Virus record (IMG/VR): IMGVR_UViG_3300031786_000007
Coordinates: 1-50,544 of that record
DNA length: 50,544 bases
Strand: one strand, 5' to 3'
From: a virus
Taxonomy: Duplodnaviria; Caudoviricetes
The notes under the pieces were generated by a model. That model did not search any database. It was not told the origin of the DNA and worked only from the letters and a program-made list of their open reading frames with translations. The stretch's first letter is position 1; every line of letters begins with the position of its first letter. Below, in pieces: positions 1 to 9,685 of the stretch. The position numbers were made by a program, and so were the translations under genes.

Positions 1-1
1 T

Positions 2-205
2 ATGATCTATAGATCGAGAATAGACGGAAAAAGAATAATCACAATTGATAACATTTCTTATAAAGTTTCAGAGACTGACCATTTAGGTCTATGTGAAATT
101 TATGAAGTTATCCAGTCTCTTGAAAACTTTAGAGCCTTTGAAAAAATAGTTATCAATTCATCGTATGGTGCATCAATCGAAACTTTTAATTTATTAACTA
201 TATAA
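2..205 (+). CDS. hypothetical protein (may be truncated at window start)
   Basis: 67-aa ORF ending 6 nt before the clamp loader gene; no motif recognised. Confidence 0.45.
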   Translation: MIYRSRIDGKRIITIDNISYKVSETDHLGLCEIYEVIQSLENFRAFEKIVINSSYGASIETFNLLTI

Positions 206-211
206 CAGCAT

Positions 212-1165
212 ATGTCAAAAAATAGATTACTCACAGAGGTCTTAAGACCTAAGAAAATTGATCAGCTCATCTTACCACCACGTATTAGAGCTATTTTTGG
301 AGATGGAACTCTCAAACAAAATTATTTACTCTACGGAGGACCTGGACTAGGAAAAACATCTGCTGCCAAGGTTTTAGCTGGAGCGTATCCTTACATTTAC
401 ATTAACTGTTCAGATGAAACAGGTGTAGAAACAGTTAGAAATAAGATTAATACTTTCTGTTCTACTATTTCTGTCATGGATGGAGCTGAAGCTGTTAAAG
501 TAGTTATACTTGATGAGATTGACGGTGTTTCTGAACAATTCTTTAAAGCTCTTCGTGGAACTATTGAAAAGTTTGCAGATCAAGCTAGATTTATTGGAAC
601 TTGTAATTATTTCAATAAAATACCAGATCATATGCACTCAAGATTTACTTTGGTGAATTTTGATTTTTTAGATACTGAAGAAGAGTCTTTTGTTTATAAT
701 GAACAAGTTAAAAGAGCTTCTACTGTATTGAGTAAATTAAATATTACATTTACTGAGGAAGCTGTTGAAGAATTAGTTAAACGTTGTTTACCTGATATGA
801 GAAAACTTTTCAACAGAATACAAACAATGCAGATAAGTGGAATAACAGAGCTTACTAGAGAATCTATCATGAAGACTGAATGGTCTTTTGAAGATGTATT
901 CGAGATATGCACTTCTGCTCCAGATCCTTATAAAAATTATACTTTTATGATAAATCAATATGGATCTAGAGTCGATGATGTCTTAAGTGCTTTTGGTGAT
1001 GAATTTCCTAAATGGTTATCTGAGAAACAACCAGCTAAAACTTCAAATATTCCAATGATCATAGTTGAAATAGCTAAACATCAAGCTCAAAGAACTCAGG
1101 TTATAGATCCAGCTGTTACAATGTTATCATGTGTCTTTACTATACAATCAATTCTAAATAAATAA
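212..1165 (+). CDS. sliding clamp loader ATPase subunit (T4 gp44 / RFC small subunit-like)
   Basis: N-terminal LRPKKIDQLILP, Walker A GGPGLGKTS, Walker B VILDEID, SRF (SRC-motif position). Confidence 0.92.
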   Translation: MSKNRLLTEVLRPKKIDQLILPPRIRAIFGDGTLKQNYLLYGGPGLGKTSAAKVLAGAYPYIYINCSDETGVETVRNKINTFCSTISVMDGAEAVKVVILDEIDGVSEQFFKALRGTIEKFADQARFIGTCNYFNKIPDHMHSRFTLVNFDFLDTEEESFVYNEQVKRASTVLSKLNITFTEEAVEELVKRCLPDMRKLFNRIQTMQISGITELTRESIMKTEWSFEDVFEICTSAPDPYKNYTFMINQYGSRVDDVLSAFGDEFPKWLSEKQPAKTSNIPMIIVEIAKHQAQRTQVIDPAVTMLSCVFTIQSILNK

Positions 1166-1168
1166 AAA

Positions 1169-1735
1169 ATGTCGACAATTAATTTACCAGAACCTAGAAA
1201 TAGAAATTTATATCTAGCTAAACAAGTAGATCAGGATAGTATCAATAGTATATCTAGAGCTATTATAGAGATCAATGAATCGGATGAAAAAAATAAAAAG
1301 ATCTATAAAGCTTATGGATTAAAATATAAATCAGAAGCGATTAATTTATATATCGATTCATACGGAGGTCAAGTTTACCAATGTCTAGGCTTGCTAGGAA
1401 TCATGGGTGCTTCAAAAGTGCCTGTTCATACAATTGTTACAGGATGTGCAATGTCATGTGCATTTTTAATTTCTATCACTGGACACAAGAGATTCGGTTA
1501 TCCTGGAAGTACCTATTTGTACCACCAAGTTAGCAGCGGTATGATAGGTAAAGCTAAAGATATTGAAGAAAAAGTTATCGAAGTTAAGAGATTGCAATCT
1601 AAAATAGAAGAACATACTACAGCTCTAACAAAGATTACCAAAGAACAGTTACAAAAAATCTACAAAAGAAAAATAGATTGGTATATTGATTCTAAGAAAG
1701 CTATCAAGCTTGGAATAATAGATGAAATTATCTAA
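1169..1735 (+). CDS. clpP: ClpP-family serine protease
   Basis: INLYIDSYGG, TIVTGCAMSCA (catalytic Ser), YLYHQ (His), RKIDWY (Asp), C-terminal AIKLGIIDEII. Confidence 0.9.
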   Translation: MSTINLPEPRNRNLYLAKQVDQDSINSISRAIIEINESDEKNKKIYKAYGLKYKSEAINLYIDSYGGQVYQCLGLLGIMGASKVPVHTIVTGCAMSCAFLISITGHKRFGYPGSTYLYHQVSSGMIGKAKDIEEKVIEVKRLQSKIEEHTTALTKITKEQLQKIYKRKIDWYIDSKKAIKLGIIDEII

Positions 1736-1756
1736 TTTTCCATTTAATAATTTTTT

Positions 1757-1786
1757 AAAAGTCGGTAAAAAAATACCGACTTTTTT
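1757..1786 (+). terminator. intrinsic terminator
   Basis: AAAAGTCGGT-loop-ACCGACTTTTTT just after clpP. Confidence 0.85.
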
Positions 1787-1861
1787 AGTGCATGAATCCT
1801 TTTTTAACATTCTCTAGATATATAAAATTAGAGATAGCCAAGTAAAAATTCTTTTAAAAAA

Positions 1862-2056
1862 ATGGAACGTAAATCTAATATAGAAAGATTAAAATTTCTA
1901 GCAGAAGAAATCTCCAAAAAAGAGGACACTGTATGCTTGATTAAAGAAGAAACTATTTCTTGTTTATCAAAGATAAAAGATCTTTTAACTAAACCTAGAA
2001 TGAATAAAAAAAATGTCATAGATGAGGTTGAGAAATTGATCAGTAAACTATCATAA
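1862..2056 (+). CDS. hypothetical protein
   Basis: 64-aa ORF with A-rich leader, downstream of GATATATAA motif (1817-1825). Confidence 0.55.
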   Translation: MERKSNIERLKFLAEEISKKEDTVCLIKEETISCLSKIKDLLTKPRMNKKNVIDEVEKLISKLS

Positions 2057-2074
2057 AAAAAACTTATTCTTAGG

Positions 2075-2401
2075 ATGTCAGATCAAAATGGATGGAATGA
2101 GTATTCTAGACTCGTTCTTAAAGAACTAGAAACTTTAGCTATTGGAATTTCAAATCTTAACGCTGAAATTCAAGACGTTAAAAAAGAAATAGCGCTGATC
2201 AAGGACCGCGAAGATAAAGTAGATAAGCTAACTGATTGGAAAGAAAAAGTTAGTGATATAGTTTCTCCTAGTCAGTTGAACGGTATGGTCACTGAAATCA
2301 AAGAACTTAAAGAGTTTAAGACTAAATCTATTACTATTTTCGCAGTTGTTCAATTTATTATGGGAATAGTAATGTGGTGGTTAAATTATTCAGGTAAGTA
2401 A
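2075..2401 (+). CDS. coiled-coil protein with C-terminal TM helix (holin/XhlA-like architecture)
   Basis: heptad-rich N-terminus then ITIFAVVQFIMGIVMWWL; function is inference. Confidence 0.55.
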   Translation: MSDQNGWNEYSRLVLKELETLAIGISNLNAEIQDVKKEIALIKDREDKVDKLTDWKEKVSDIVSPSQLNGMVTEIKELKEFKTKSITIFAVVQFIMGIVMWWLNYSGK

Positions 2402-2410
2402 TTTGGTTGA

Positions 2411-2435
2411 GAACTTTGAGTTCTTTATCATATAA
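2411..2435 (+). promoter_or_regulatory. putative ECF-type (middle) promoter GAACT-N15-TATAA
   Basis: recurrent intergenic motif; just upstream of the gp62-like gene. Confidence 0.5.
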
Positions 2436-2440
2436 ATTAC

Positions 2441-2869
2441 ATGATACAATTATTTGACTATATTAAGCTTGTTTTTTCAAGAGATGAGAAATCTTGGAAA
2501 TCGCTAAAGAACACTGACAAATCTAGAAATTTTTTTATGCTCAATCGATTTATGAGCATAAAATATCCTGTGCAAGCTAACATGCTGTCTCATTATAAGA
2601 TCAACCCTGAAGCAGTGTCTGATTATTGGCATAGAAATATGTCATCGTTACATTCTGGAACTCCAGTATGGGTATATGCAAAAACTGTCAAAAAGAAAGA
2701 TGTTGAGAAAAAACTTGATCTACCTTCTCCTGAAATGATAAAATGGTATTGCGATCAGAATGAAATCTCAAAAAGAGATTTTGACGAAAATGTTAAATTC
2801 TTTGGAGATAATTTTTTATCAGATATTCGTTCTTTAGAAAAAATACTAAAATCACAAAATGCTCTATAG
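2441..2869 (+). CDS. probable clamp loader small subunit (T4 gp62-like)
   Basis: LFDYIK start, FFMLNRFMS motif, W..AK..KK segment, size 142 aa, near gp44-like gene. Confidence 0.6.
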   Translation: MIQLFDYIKLVFSRDEKSWKSLKNTDKSRNFFMLNRFMSIKYPVQANMLSHYKINPEAVSDYWHRNMSSLHSGTPVWVYAKTVKKKDVEKKLDLPSPEMIKWYCDQNEISKRDFDENVKFFGDNFLSDIRSLEKILKSQNAL

Positions 2870-3688
2870 ACCAAATTTATTCGAAGTATTTCTAATTCTA
2901 GCTATATTATTGAAATAATCTAACATCATGGTTTGAAAAAATTTCACTATGAATAGAGATTCAGAATTTGATGAACTATAGTTATAGCCCTCATTCAAAA
3001 CATGATTAATAAGTCTAAAAGGTTCTTTTAGACTTTTTGGATGTTTAACAACTCCCCATCTTCCTTCAGATCCAAATAATGAATTTGATAATTTTTCCAT
3101 TGTACCCTGTACTACCCATTCATCTTTGATACATTTTTTTCCAATGCAAATGTTAGCATTTGCAAATATAGAATCTTTATTAGTAAATGGATCTACAATT
3201 TCTTGAGACGACCATTGTAAAATTATTAAATGCTTACAACGATTAGAATCTCCATATTTATCTAAAAAGGATGCATCAACGTCTGAAATCTTTCTGGCCC
3301 ATTTTAATTGACTTTTTACTAATTCTTCACTAGGGTTTTGTCGAAAAAACTCTAGTAAACTTCCATTAGGCAATAATGTATTTCGTGCTTCCATTGCTAA
3401 TTTAATTCCACTTATAGCAGAATACAATTGCATCGGTCTTACATCAAAAATTTTCATATATTTTTTTTCAGATTTATTAAAAAATAGATGATGACTGATT
3501 GCATTAATATATTTTTCAAGTGTATAAAAATGCGTCAGATTAAATGATAGTTGATTAATTTTTTTATCTAATTCGATAATTTCTCGTATCATATCCAATT
3601 TCGCTTTATGTTCATCGTGAGCTTTGATAGATTCTCTTAATGAATTTTGAAGTTCTTTTTCAAGTTTTGCATAGTCTTTATAGTTCAT
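2864..3688 (-). CDS. hypothetical protein with C-terminal KFGL tag; only convincing minus-strand gene
   Basis: 274-aa ORF filling a gap with no + strand gene; TAAATTTG box upstream on the minus strand (3706-3713). Confidence 0.8.
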   Translation of the reverse strand: MNYKDYAKLEKELQNSLRESIKAHDEHKAKLDMIREIIELDKKINQLSFNLTHFYTLEKYINAISHHLFFNKSEKKYMKIFDVRPMQLYSAISGIKLAMEARNTLLPNGSLLEFFRQNPSEELVKSQLKWARKISDVDASFLDKYGDSNRCKHLIILQWSSQEIVDPFTNKDSIFANANICIGKKCIKDEWVVQGTMEKLSNSLFGSEGRWGVVKHPKSLKEPFRLINHVLNEGYNYSSSNSESLFIVKFFQTMMLDYFNNIARIRNTSNKFGL

Positions 3689-3705
3689 AATTATTTGATT
3701 TTATA

Positions 3706-3713
3706 CAAATTTA
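3706..3713 (-). promoter_or_regulatory. Bacteroidota-type -7 promoter element TAnnTTTG
   Basis: TAAATTTG on the minus strand 17 nt upstream of the ATG at 3688. Confidence 0.5.
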
Positions 3714-3750
3714 ATATTTAAAGATATTACATTTAAATGTGAGGCCATCT

Positions 3751-3759
3751 GATATATAG
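3751..3759 (+). promoter_or_regulatory. putative late promoter GATATATAG
   Basis: recurrent motif upstream of structural genes. Confidence 0.75.
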
Positions 3760-3775
3760 ATAAAGAAAAAAACAG

Positions 3776-6043
3776 ATGAGCAGTATTTCTACTTACACTT
3801 TATACACGGCAGGAGAATACGTAGTTCTAGCCAATAAAGATGCGTACTGTAATGTAGAAAAAATTACAGGAATAGAAGAGTGTTTTCAGGATACCGGAAA
3901 TGGTACTATCTTGAAAAAAGAATTTAGGTATTCTATAGATAGTACAACTTTTTCAGAATTCCAAGAGATTACAGAAGATAATCTTTTAGCTGTAGGTTCT
4001 CATGATGCAGTATGGTTCCAATTTAGATACATACTTCTAAGTGGAGGACCAGTGACATTTCAAAAAGTAGCTCCTGTATATACGCAGAAATACTCTGATC
4101 CTTATACTGGTTACGTAACTCCTAGAATAGAAAATCAAGATAAAGTATACGCATTCCCTGTAACTTATAAATCTAATTTCTTATGGGAACCTTATAAGAT
4201 GAATAGAGCTATTCGTCTCTATAAGGATCTAAATTTGATGGTAAATAGCATGTTTGGGCATGATACTATTTATTACAGAGCTCTACCTTACGGAAGAAGT
4301 AAAGATGTTTTCTTAATGGAACATTCTCTTTTTGAACATGATGAAGGGCAATGTGTCAAAATAGTAGTTCCAGATAATGCGTTCCCCGATAATAAATTAA
4401 GCATGGGACCGTTTGGTGTAGACTTTGAAATGCCATTTGAAGTTCAAGTAGATAAAGATTATTTCCAGAAAATTTTTGGTGACGGAACTGGACCTCAGAA
4501 AAGAGACGTGATCTACTTTCCTAGAACAAATAGGGTGTATGAAGTTTCTAGCGCTTACATGTTTAGAGACTTTATGAATGAGCCGCTTTATTTTAAAGTG
4601 ACACTAATCAAATGGTTACCAAAAACTAATGTTGAAAACTCAGAAACTTTAGAAACTTTAGAAAGCTTTACTGTTAGTGCAGGTAAACTTTTCGGAGAAG
4701 AACAAAAAGCTGAAGAGATTAAAGTTACTAATCCTCAGCAGTTTGAAGTAGCTACTACTAAAGAAGATCCTGTAAGATCTTACTTATCAAGTAATCAAGA
4801 AGTTAAAGAAGAGAAAGTTTTAAATTACCACACTGTTATTTCCGAATTTAATTATAATATGGCATCTCTTTTAGATTCGTCAGAAATAAAAGTGAAAATT
4901 TCTACAGACTTGGTCAAAGATAAAACTTATTTTGCTAGGTTAGATCCTTCATCTTCTCAGCCAGATCCTCAATTTTATTTCTCTATCAAGAAGTTTAAAT
5001 TTCTTGGAAAAGATTCAAAAGGATATAGTATCTTCAAGTTTTCTCCAGGAAGCTCTCAAGCTGAAAGCAATTTTAGTTATTCGCAAATATTCACATTAGG
5101 TTCTATATTTTCTTTATATGAAAATGAGTATACTGGGTCTGTTGATTCTCCTTTAGTTTCATGCGATGTAGTCGATGCTAATTATTATACTGAGAAAATT
5201 GTAGCATATAAAGCCTCTTCAAATTTCCCATCAACTGAAGATCGAGCATTTTCTGCATGGTTTAGAATAAAAGAAAGTGTTTTTCCTAAAAACAGTATAG
5301 ACTCTTTTACCTTTGACGTTCATTTTAGAGAAATTCAAGTGCAGTTATCTAGAAAAGCTTTGTTATTTGTAGGAGATAATATAGAAATAACTAGATCTTC
5401 TAGTTCAGAATTTATGTTATTTGGAACTGTTACAAGAGTACTTTCTTCGCAAATAGTTACTGTAGAGATTCCTCAATATGTCTTAGATTTTGTTCAATTT
5501 AGTTTTAGCTCTTGGCAAAATTATGTTGATTTACAAATTCAAAAGAGTGCACCACGTGTATTCTTAGACTCATTGGATAACAATAAAGGTATTAAAATAG
5601 AATTATATGGCCAACGACATTTTAAAGTACTGTCGAATTCAGATGAGTTTTATTTCAGTTTACCTAACTCAATACCTTCTCTAGCAAAGAATAAATGGTA
5701 TGCTATTTTTGTCAATTTCAGTAACATTTTTAAACAACTTACTCTAAATATTTGGAAAATCCAATGGGATTCTGTCACTAATTTACCAGCTACAACAGAT
5801 CTTGTTTTAGTTTTAAATAAGACAGTTTCTATAAACAAAGAAGATCGTAGTTCAGGAATAGATTATTATCTTCGCCCATCTTCTATGGATTTGACGAATA
5901 TTAGGCTATTCAACAGAGTAGCTGAAACTGATAAACAGACTATCATCTTAAATCAGAATATCGTGAAAGATGCACATATAGCATTAATCATAGACAATGC
6001 ATTGCCACCATCTAAAATGCCGTATATTGGATACACTAGATAA
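3776..6043 (+). CDS. virion neck/head-completion protein (T4 gp14-like core) with extra domains
   Basis: FGHDTIYY, FGVDFEMPFEVQVDK, GPQKRDVIYFPRTNRVYEV resemble gp14; C-terminal AFSAWF / KWYAIFVNF / TNIRLFN resemble a ConA/LamG fold. Confidence 0.6.
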   Translation: MSSISTYTLYTAGEYVVLANKDAYCNVEKITGIEECFQDTGNGTILKKEFRYSIDSTTFSEFQEITEDNLLAVGSHDAVWFQFRYILLSGGPVTFQKVAPVYTQKYSDPYTGYVTPRIENQDKVYAFPVTYKSNFLWEPYKMNRAIRLYKDLNLMVNSMFGHDTIYYRALPYGRSKDVFLMEHSLFEHDEGQCVKIVVPDNAFPDNKLSMGPFGVDFEMPFEVQVDKDYFQKIFGDGTGPQKRDVIYFPRTNRVYEVSSAYMFRDFMNEPLYFKVTLIKWLPKTNVENSETLETLESFTVSAGKLFGEEQKAEEIKVTNPQQFEVATTKEDPVRSYLSSNQEVKEEKVLNYHTVISEFNYNMASLLDSSEIKVKISTDLVKDKTYFARLDPSSSQPDPQFYFSIKKFKFLGKDSKGYSIFKFSPGSSQAESNFSYSQIFTLGSIFSLYENEYTGSVDSPLVSCDVVDANYYTEKIVAYKASSNFPSTEDRAFSAWFRIKESVFPKNSIDSFTFDVHFREIQVQLSRKALLFVGDNIEITRSSSSEFMLFGTVTRVLSSQIVTVEIPQYVLDFVQFSFSSWQNYVDLQIQKSAPRVFLDSLDNNKGIKIELYGQRHFKVLSNSDEFYFSLPNSIPSLAKNKWYAIFVNFSNIFKQLTLNIWKIQWDSVTNLPATTDLVLVLNKTVSINKEDRSSGIDYYLRPSSMDLTNIRLFNRVAETDKQTIILNQNIVKDAHIALIIDNALPPSKMPYIGYTR

Positions 6044-6044
6044 T

Positions 6045-6416
6045 ATGAAAACTTTTGAACAATTTTTAAATGAGCAGATCTATACAGCTAAAGAGATTTG
6101 CGATTATATGACAGAAATTTCTGATACACCGGAAACAGATATTCCTGATTATTATATGGATGTTATAAAGAACGCTAACGCTAAATTTGAATTAAAAACT
6201 TTAAAAATTGACGATCTTCTTGCTCAAGATGAATCTTTGAAAGAATATGTAATGAGTGGAGAAGATAGATACGAAGATTCAGATTATGAGCCGTCTTGGG
6301 AAGAATTGCAAAATCCTATAGTAGTATACAAAGGTGAAGTGATAGACGGATATAATAGGACAGCTGTTCTTTATAGATCAGGAGAAAAAGAAATACAAGC
6401 TTACGTATCAATATGA
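6045..6416 (+). CDS. ParB/Srx-like domain protein with capsid-targeting-like N-terminus
   Basis: start moved to ATG 6045 (MKTFEQFLNE); PIVVYKGEVIDGYNR...GEKEIQAYV. Confidence 0.65.
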   Translation: MKTFEQFLNEQIYTAKEICDYMTEISDTPETDIPDYYMDVIKNANAKFELKTLKIDDLLAQDESLKEYVMSGEDRYEDSDYEPSWEELQNPIVVYKGEVIDGYNRTAVLYRSGEKEIQAYVSI

Positions 6417-7111
6417 TAAAGAACTATAAAAACTGGCTCTTTGAAAAAGCCACATCTGATCTTAATAGAAAACAAACTATATGGTGTAATATATGGCTAG
6501 GAGATCGATGGAAAGCTGTGGATAGTAATAGAGATACTCTAATAGAAGTTAGAGGAGATGTGACTATTAAAAATTCACAAACATTTTCTCTTCCTGTGAA
6601 ATTTGCCGATCATCGTTCAAATTTTACTATCGAAAGATGTCAAAATCTTGGAACACTTAAAGGTTGTCCAGAATCTTCAGAAGAATTTAGGCTCAAAGAT
6701 TGCCCTAATATTCAAACTTTAGAAGGAGGACCAAAAGAAGTTAGAGAATATCATGTACAAAATCTAGGCATTAAAAATCTTATAGGATCACCTGAGATAG
6801 TTACTAAAGTTTTTAATTGTGGAAATAATAATTTATTAGAATCATTTGAAGGTGCACCTTCAAAAATAGAAGGAGAAAGTATATTTTTTGCTCAACATTG
6901 TCCAAATGTGAAGACTATTTTAGGGGCTCCCATAGCTAAAGCTTATTTTATAACTACTGAGTGGATAGAAAATGCTACTGAAAAAGAGTGGTTATCAGAC
7001 CCGGATCAAAATTTAGATCTAATTCATAAATGGCTTAATTCTAAGTTAACTATAGAAGAATTTCTCATTGAAAAAAGAGGAATCATAACTGGAAAGAAAT
7101 ACGGACTATAA
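6413..7111 (+). CDS. LRR-like repeat protein with C-terminal KKYGL
   Basis: repeats LKGCPE, LEGGPK, LIGSPE, FEGAPS, ILGAPI about 22 aa apart. Confidence 0.65.
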   Translation: MIKNYKNWLFEKATSDLNRKQTIWCNIWLGDRWKAVDSNRDTLIEVRGDVTIKNSQTFSLPVKFADHRSNFTIERCQNLGTLKGCPESSEEFRLKDCPNIQTLEGGPKEVREYHVQNLGIKNLIGSPEIVTKVFNCGNNNLLESFEGAPSKIEGESIFFAQHCPNVKTILGAPIAKAYFITTEWIENATEKEWLSDPDQNLDLIHKWLNSKLTIEEFLIEKRGIITGKKYGL

Positions 7112-7115
7112 TTTT

Positions 7116-7124
7116 GATATATAG
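7116..7124 (+). promoter_or_regulatory. putative late promoter GATATATAG
   Basis: recurrent motif; upstream of terminase genes. Confidence 0.75.
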
Positions 7125-7199
7125 AAAAATAATGCTTGATTAAGCGTTGTGTCATGTGATAGAGACAAAATAGCTAAATCATAGAAAAAACCACAGGTT

Positions 7200-7856
7200 A
7201 TGAATAAGAAAGAAATGGAGAACCTAAAAAAACAAGCTAAAGATCTTGAAGACATCTTATTAGGTGTTAATAATGAAGGTATTCAAGCTGTAGCTGGTGA
7301 AGATGTTCTACCAAAATTAAAATCTATCGCTCCTTTAAATTATGATGAGGTTAAAACTGAAACTGACAGGAAAGCTACTGATATAGTAGAATCTGTCATT
7401 CTTATGTATTTACCAGCAGAATTTGTAAAAGAACAAGATTATGTTTATCAAAAAATGGAAGTTGATAAATTGACTGTTTCCAATTTGTTATTTCAAATGA
7501 GAACTGCAGAGCATGCTATCAAAAAACTTCTTGAAGAGATTGACAGCGGAAGTCCTCAGGCTAGACACTTTGAAGTTTTAGCGTCTCTTCAAAAATCAAA
7601 AATGGAAATAGTTAAACATTTAGCAGCTTTCATGGTTACTATGGAAAGTAATTACAAGAACTTAACTTTCGATTGGAAAAATGTTATAGACAAAACACAA
7701 GACATTCTTCCTGAAAGCACAGATGTCCCAGATGAGCATTCCACTAAATTCAGAGGAACAAAAGGATTAATGTCATTAGTTCAAGGTTACATGGATGAAG
7801 CTAAAAATAAGAAATTAGATGACCCTTTCGAAGACCTCACAAACAAAGACGAATAA
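7200..7856 (+). CDS. probable terminase small subunit
   Basis: helical protein directly upstream of and overlapping TerL; ARHFEVLASL and KFRGTKGL segments resemble T4 gp16-type proteins. Confidence 0.6.
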   Translation: MNKKEMENLKKQAKDLEDILLGVNNEGIQAVAGEDVLPKLKSIAPLNYDEVKTETDRKATDIVESVILMYLPAEFVKEQDYVYQKMEVDKLTVSNLLFQMRTAEHAIKKLLEEIDSGSPQARHFEVLASLQKSKMEIVKHLAAFMVTMESNYKNLTFDWKNVIDKTQDILPESTDVPDEHSTKFRGTKGLMSLVQGYMDEAKNKKLDDPFEDLTNKDE

Positions 7857-9621
7857 TTCTCATAACAGGGTATGGAATTCAGAAAGAGTTTCTGAATGTA
7901 TTAGAATAATAGAAGAAACTGGAGATGCTCCAATGGGAGGAACTCCTTTCCATGAAGGTGATCCTAGTTGGAAAGCAGCCGATATTGTTTACGAGTACTC
8001 TGAATTTGAATTACAAGAAATTGCTAGATGTGCAGCAGATGTAGTGTATTTTGCTAATAATTACTGTATGGCAATGACTGATTACGGTATACAGAAAATT
8101 ACTCTTCGTCCTTATCAAGAAGATGTTCTTAGGTCTTTCCAAGATAATCGTTTTAATGTCTTTTTAGCATCTAGACAGATAGGAAAAACTGTTACTTCTG
8201 CAATTTTTATTACATGGTATCTATTATTCAATGTAGATAAAAATGTAATAGTTCTAGCAAACAAAGGTGCTACTGCAGCAGAAATCTTAGATAAGATAAA
8301 ATCTGTATTCAAAGGATTGCCATTTTTCTTAAAACCTGGAATCGTAACAAATAATGTTATGACTATGAAATTCGATAACGGTTGCAGAGTAATGGGGCAG
8401 GCTACTACTAAAACAGCAGCTATCGGTTTTACCATCCATCTTGCTTACATGGATGAGTTTGCTCATATTCAACCCAGTTTCATAGAGCCTTTCTATCGTT
8501 CAGTTTATCCTACTATTGCAGCTTCTCTGATATCAAAAGTTATAATTACTAGCACTCCTAACGGAAGAAATAAATTCTTTGAGATCTATAATGGTGCGGT
8601 AGAAAAGAAAAATGAATACACTCCTATAAGAGTAGACTGGTGGCAAGTTCCAGGAAGAGATGAGAAGTGGAAAGCCAGAGAAATTGCAAACTTAGGCTCA
8701 GAAGAGCTTTTTAACCAGGAATATGGTAATCAATTCTTAGCAGGAGATACTCTTCTTTTAGGCGGAGATGCTTTGAGAGCTATGAAGAAGATTGTTAGAA
8801 ACTATAAATGGGATCAGATACAGGATTTTGAATATTCTGATTTAGATTACAAAAGCTTAAAATGGGACCCTAACTTTAGTTTTTATGATATTGATACCGA
8901 TGATAAGTTTGTACTTTCGATAGATATAGCAGATGGAGCTGGTAAAGATTACAGTGTCATAAACATTTTCAAGGTTGAAAAAATGAGTAAAGCTGCTATA
9001 AGAAAGCTTAGAAGAGATAGAATAGAGAGCGAAGCTAGTTTTTTCAGACTTAGACAAGTAGGAATGTACAGATCTAACAAATCTAGTGCAGAAGAGCTTT
9101 CTAAAATCTCAGAAGTTTTGATATTTAAGTTTTTCAATCCAGACAATGTAAGAGTATCTCTAGAGATCAATTTCAAAGGAGATTATTTTATTGAAAAGAT
9201 TTCAAAAAATGCAGAGTATTACGAAGACATCTTTTTACATACTAGACATAATGAAAAAACTAAGACCTATTCATTAGGCATAAAGCTGCATAAACATAAT
9301 AAAATGTTCTTTTGTAGAGAGTTTAGAAAACTTGTAATGGAAAAAAGAATTATCCTAAACGAGCAAGTAACTTTTGAAGAAATGAACGATTTTGGTATAA
9401 ATAACAAAGGAACTTATTCTTCTCAATCTGGTCATGATGATGTAGCAATGTCATGTGTGAATTTGGTTCCAATGTTCCAATCTGATACATTTTCAGATAT
9501 AGTAGAAGAAATGTACGATTTACTTGAAGAAGATACTAAAGATCTTATTCAAAAGAGACTGGCTGAAGCTGAAATCGATAAAGATGATAATACTTTTTCA
9601 TTTTTAAAAAATATTCTATGA
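7819..9621 (+). CDS. terminase large subunit (T4 gp17-like)
   Basis: LRPYQ, ASRQIGKT, YMDEFAH, ITSTPNG, FNQEY, nuclease SIDIADG.GKDYS and HDDVAMS. Confidence 0.96.
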   Translation: MTLSKTSQTKTNNSHNRVWNSERVSECIRIIEETGDAPMGGTPFHEGDPSWKAADIVYEYSEFELQEIARCAADVVYFANNYCMAMTDYGIQKITLRPYQEDVLRSFQDNRFNVFLASRQIGKTVTSAIFITWYLLFNVDKNVIVLANKGATAAEILDKIKSVFKGLPFFLKPGIVTNNVMTMKFDNGCRVMGQATTKTAAIGFTIHLAYMDEFAHIQPSFIEPFYRSVYPTIAASLISKVIITSTPNGRNKFFEIYNGAVEKKNEYTPIRVDWWQVPGRDEKWKAREIANLGSEELFNQEYGNQFLAGDTLLLGGDALRAMKKIVRNYKWDQIQDFEYSDLDYKSLKWDPNFSFYDIDTDDKFVLSIDIADGAGKDYSVINIFKVEKMSKAAIRKLRRDRIESEASFFRLRQVGMYRSNKSSAEELSKISEVLIFKFFNPDNVRVSLEINFKGDYFIEKISKNAEYYEDIFLHTRHNEKTKTYSLGIKLHKHNKMFFCREFRKLVMEKRIILNEQVTFEEMNDFGINNKGTYSSQSGHDDVAMSCVNLVPMFQSDTFSDIVEEMYDLLEEDTKDLIQKRLAEAEIDKDDNTFSFLKNIL

Positions 9622-9641
9622 GAAATTATGAAAATGTTTAA

Positions 9642-9650
9642 GATATATAG
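9642..9650 (+). promoter_or_regulatory. putative late promoter GATATATAG
   Basis: recurrent motif; upstream of sheath gene. Confidence 0.75.
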
Positions 9651-9685
9651 TAAAAGAAAAGAAGAAATAAAAAACACGTTCTAGC

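Noticed and set aside
5997-6044. Extended ORF-track starts (5997, 20488, 22251, 23670, 27358, 27944, 32138, 32788, 42508, 49974)
   Set aside because: They overlap upstream genes, terminators or promoter motifs; downstream ATGs with A-rich leaders fit better
7819-9621. Intein or intron in terminase or capsid genes
   Set aside because: Sizes are normal, motifs are contiguous and no intein splice motifs were seen
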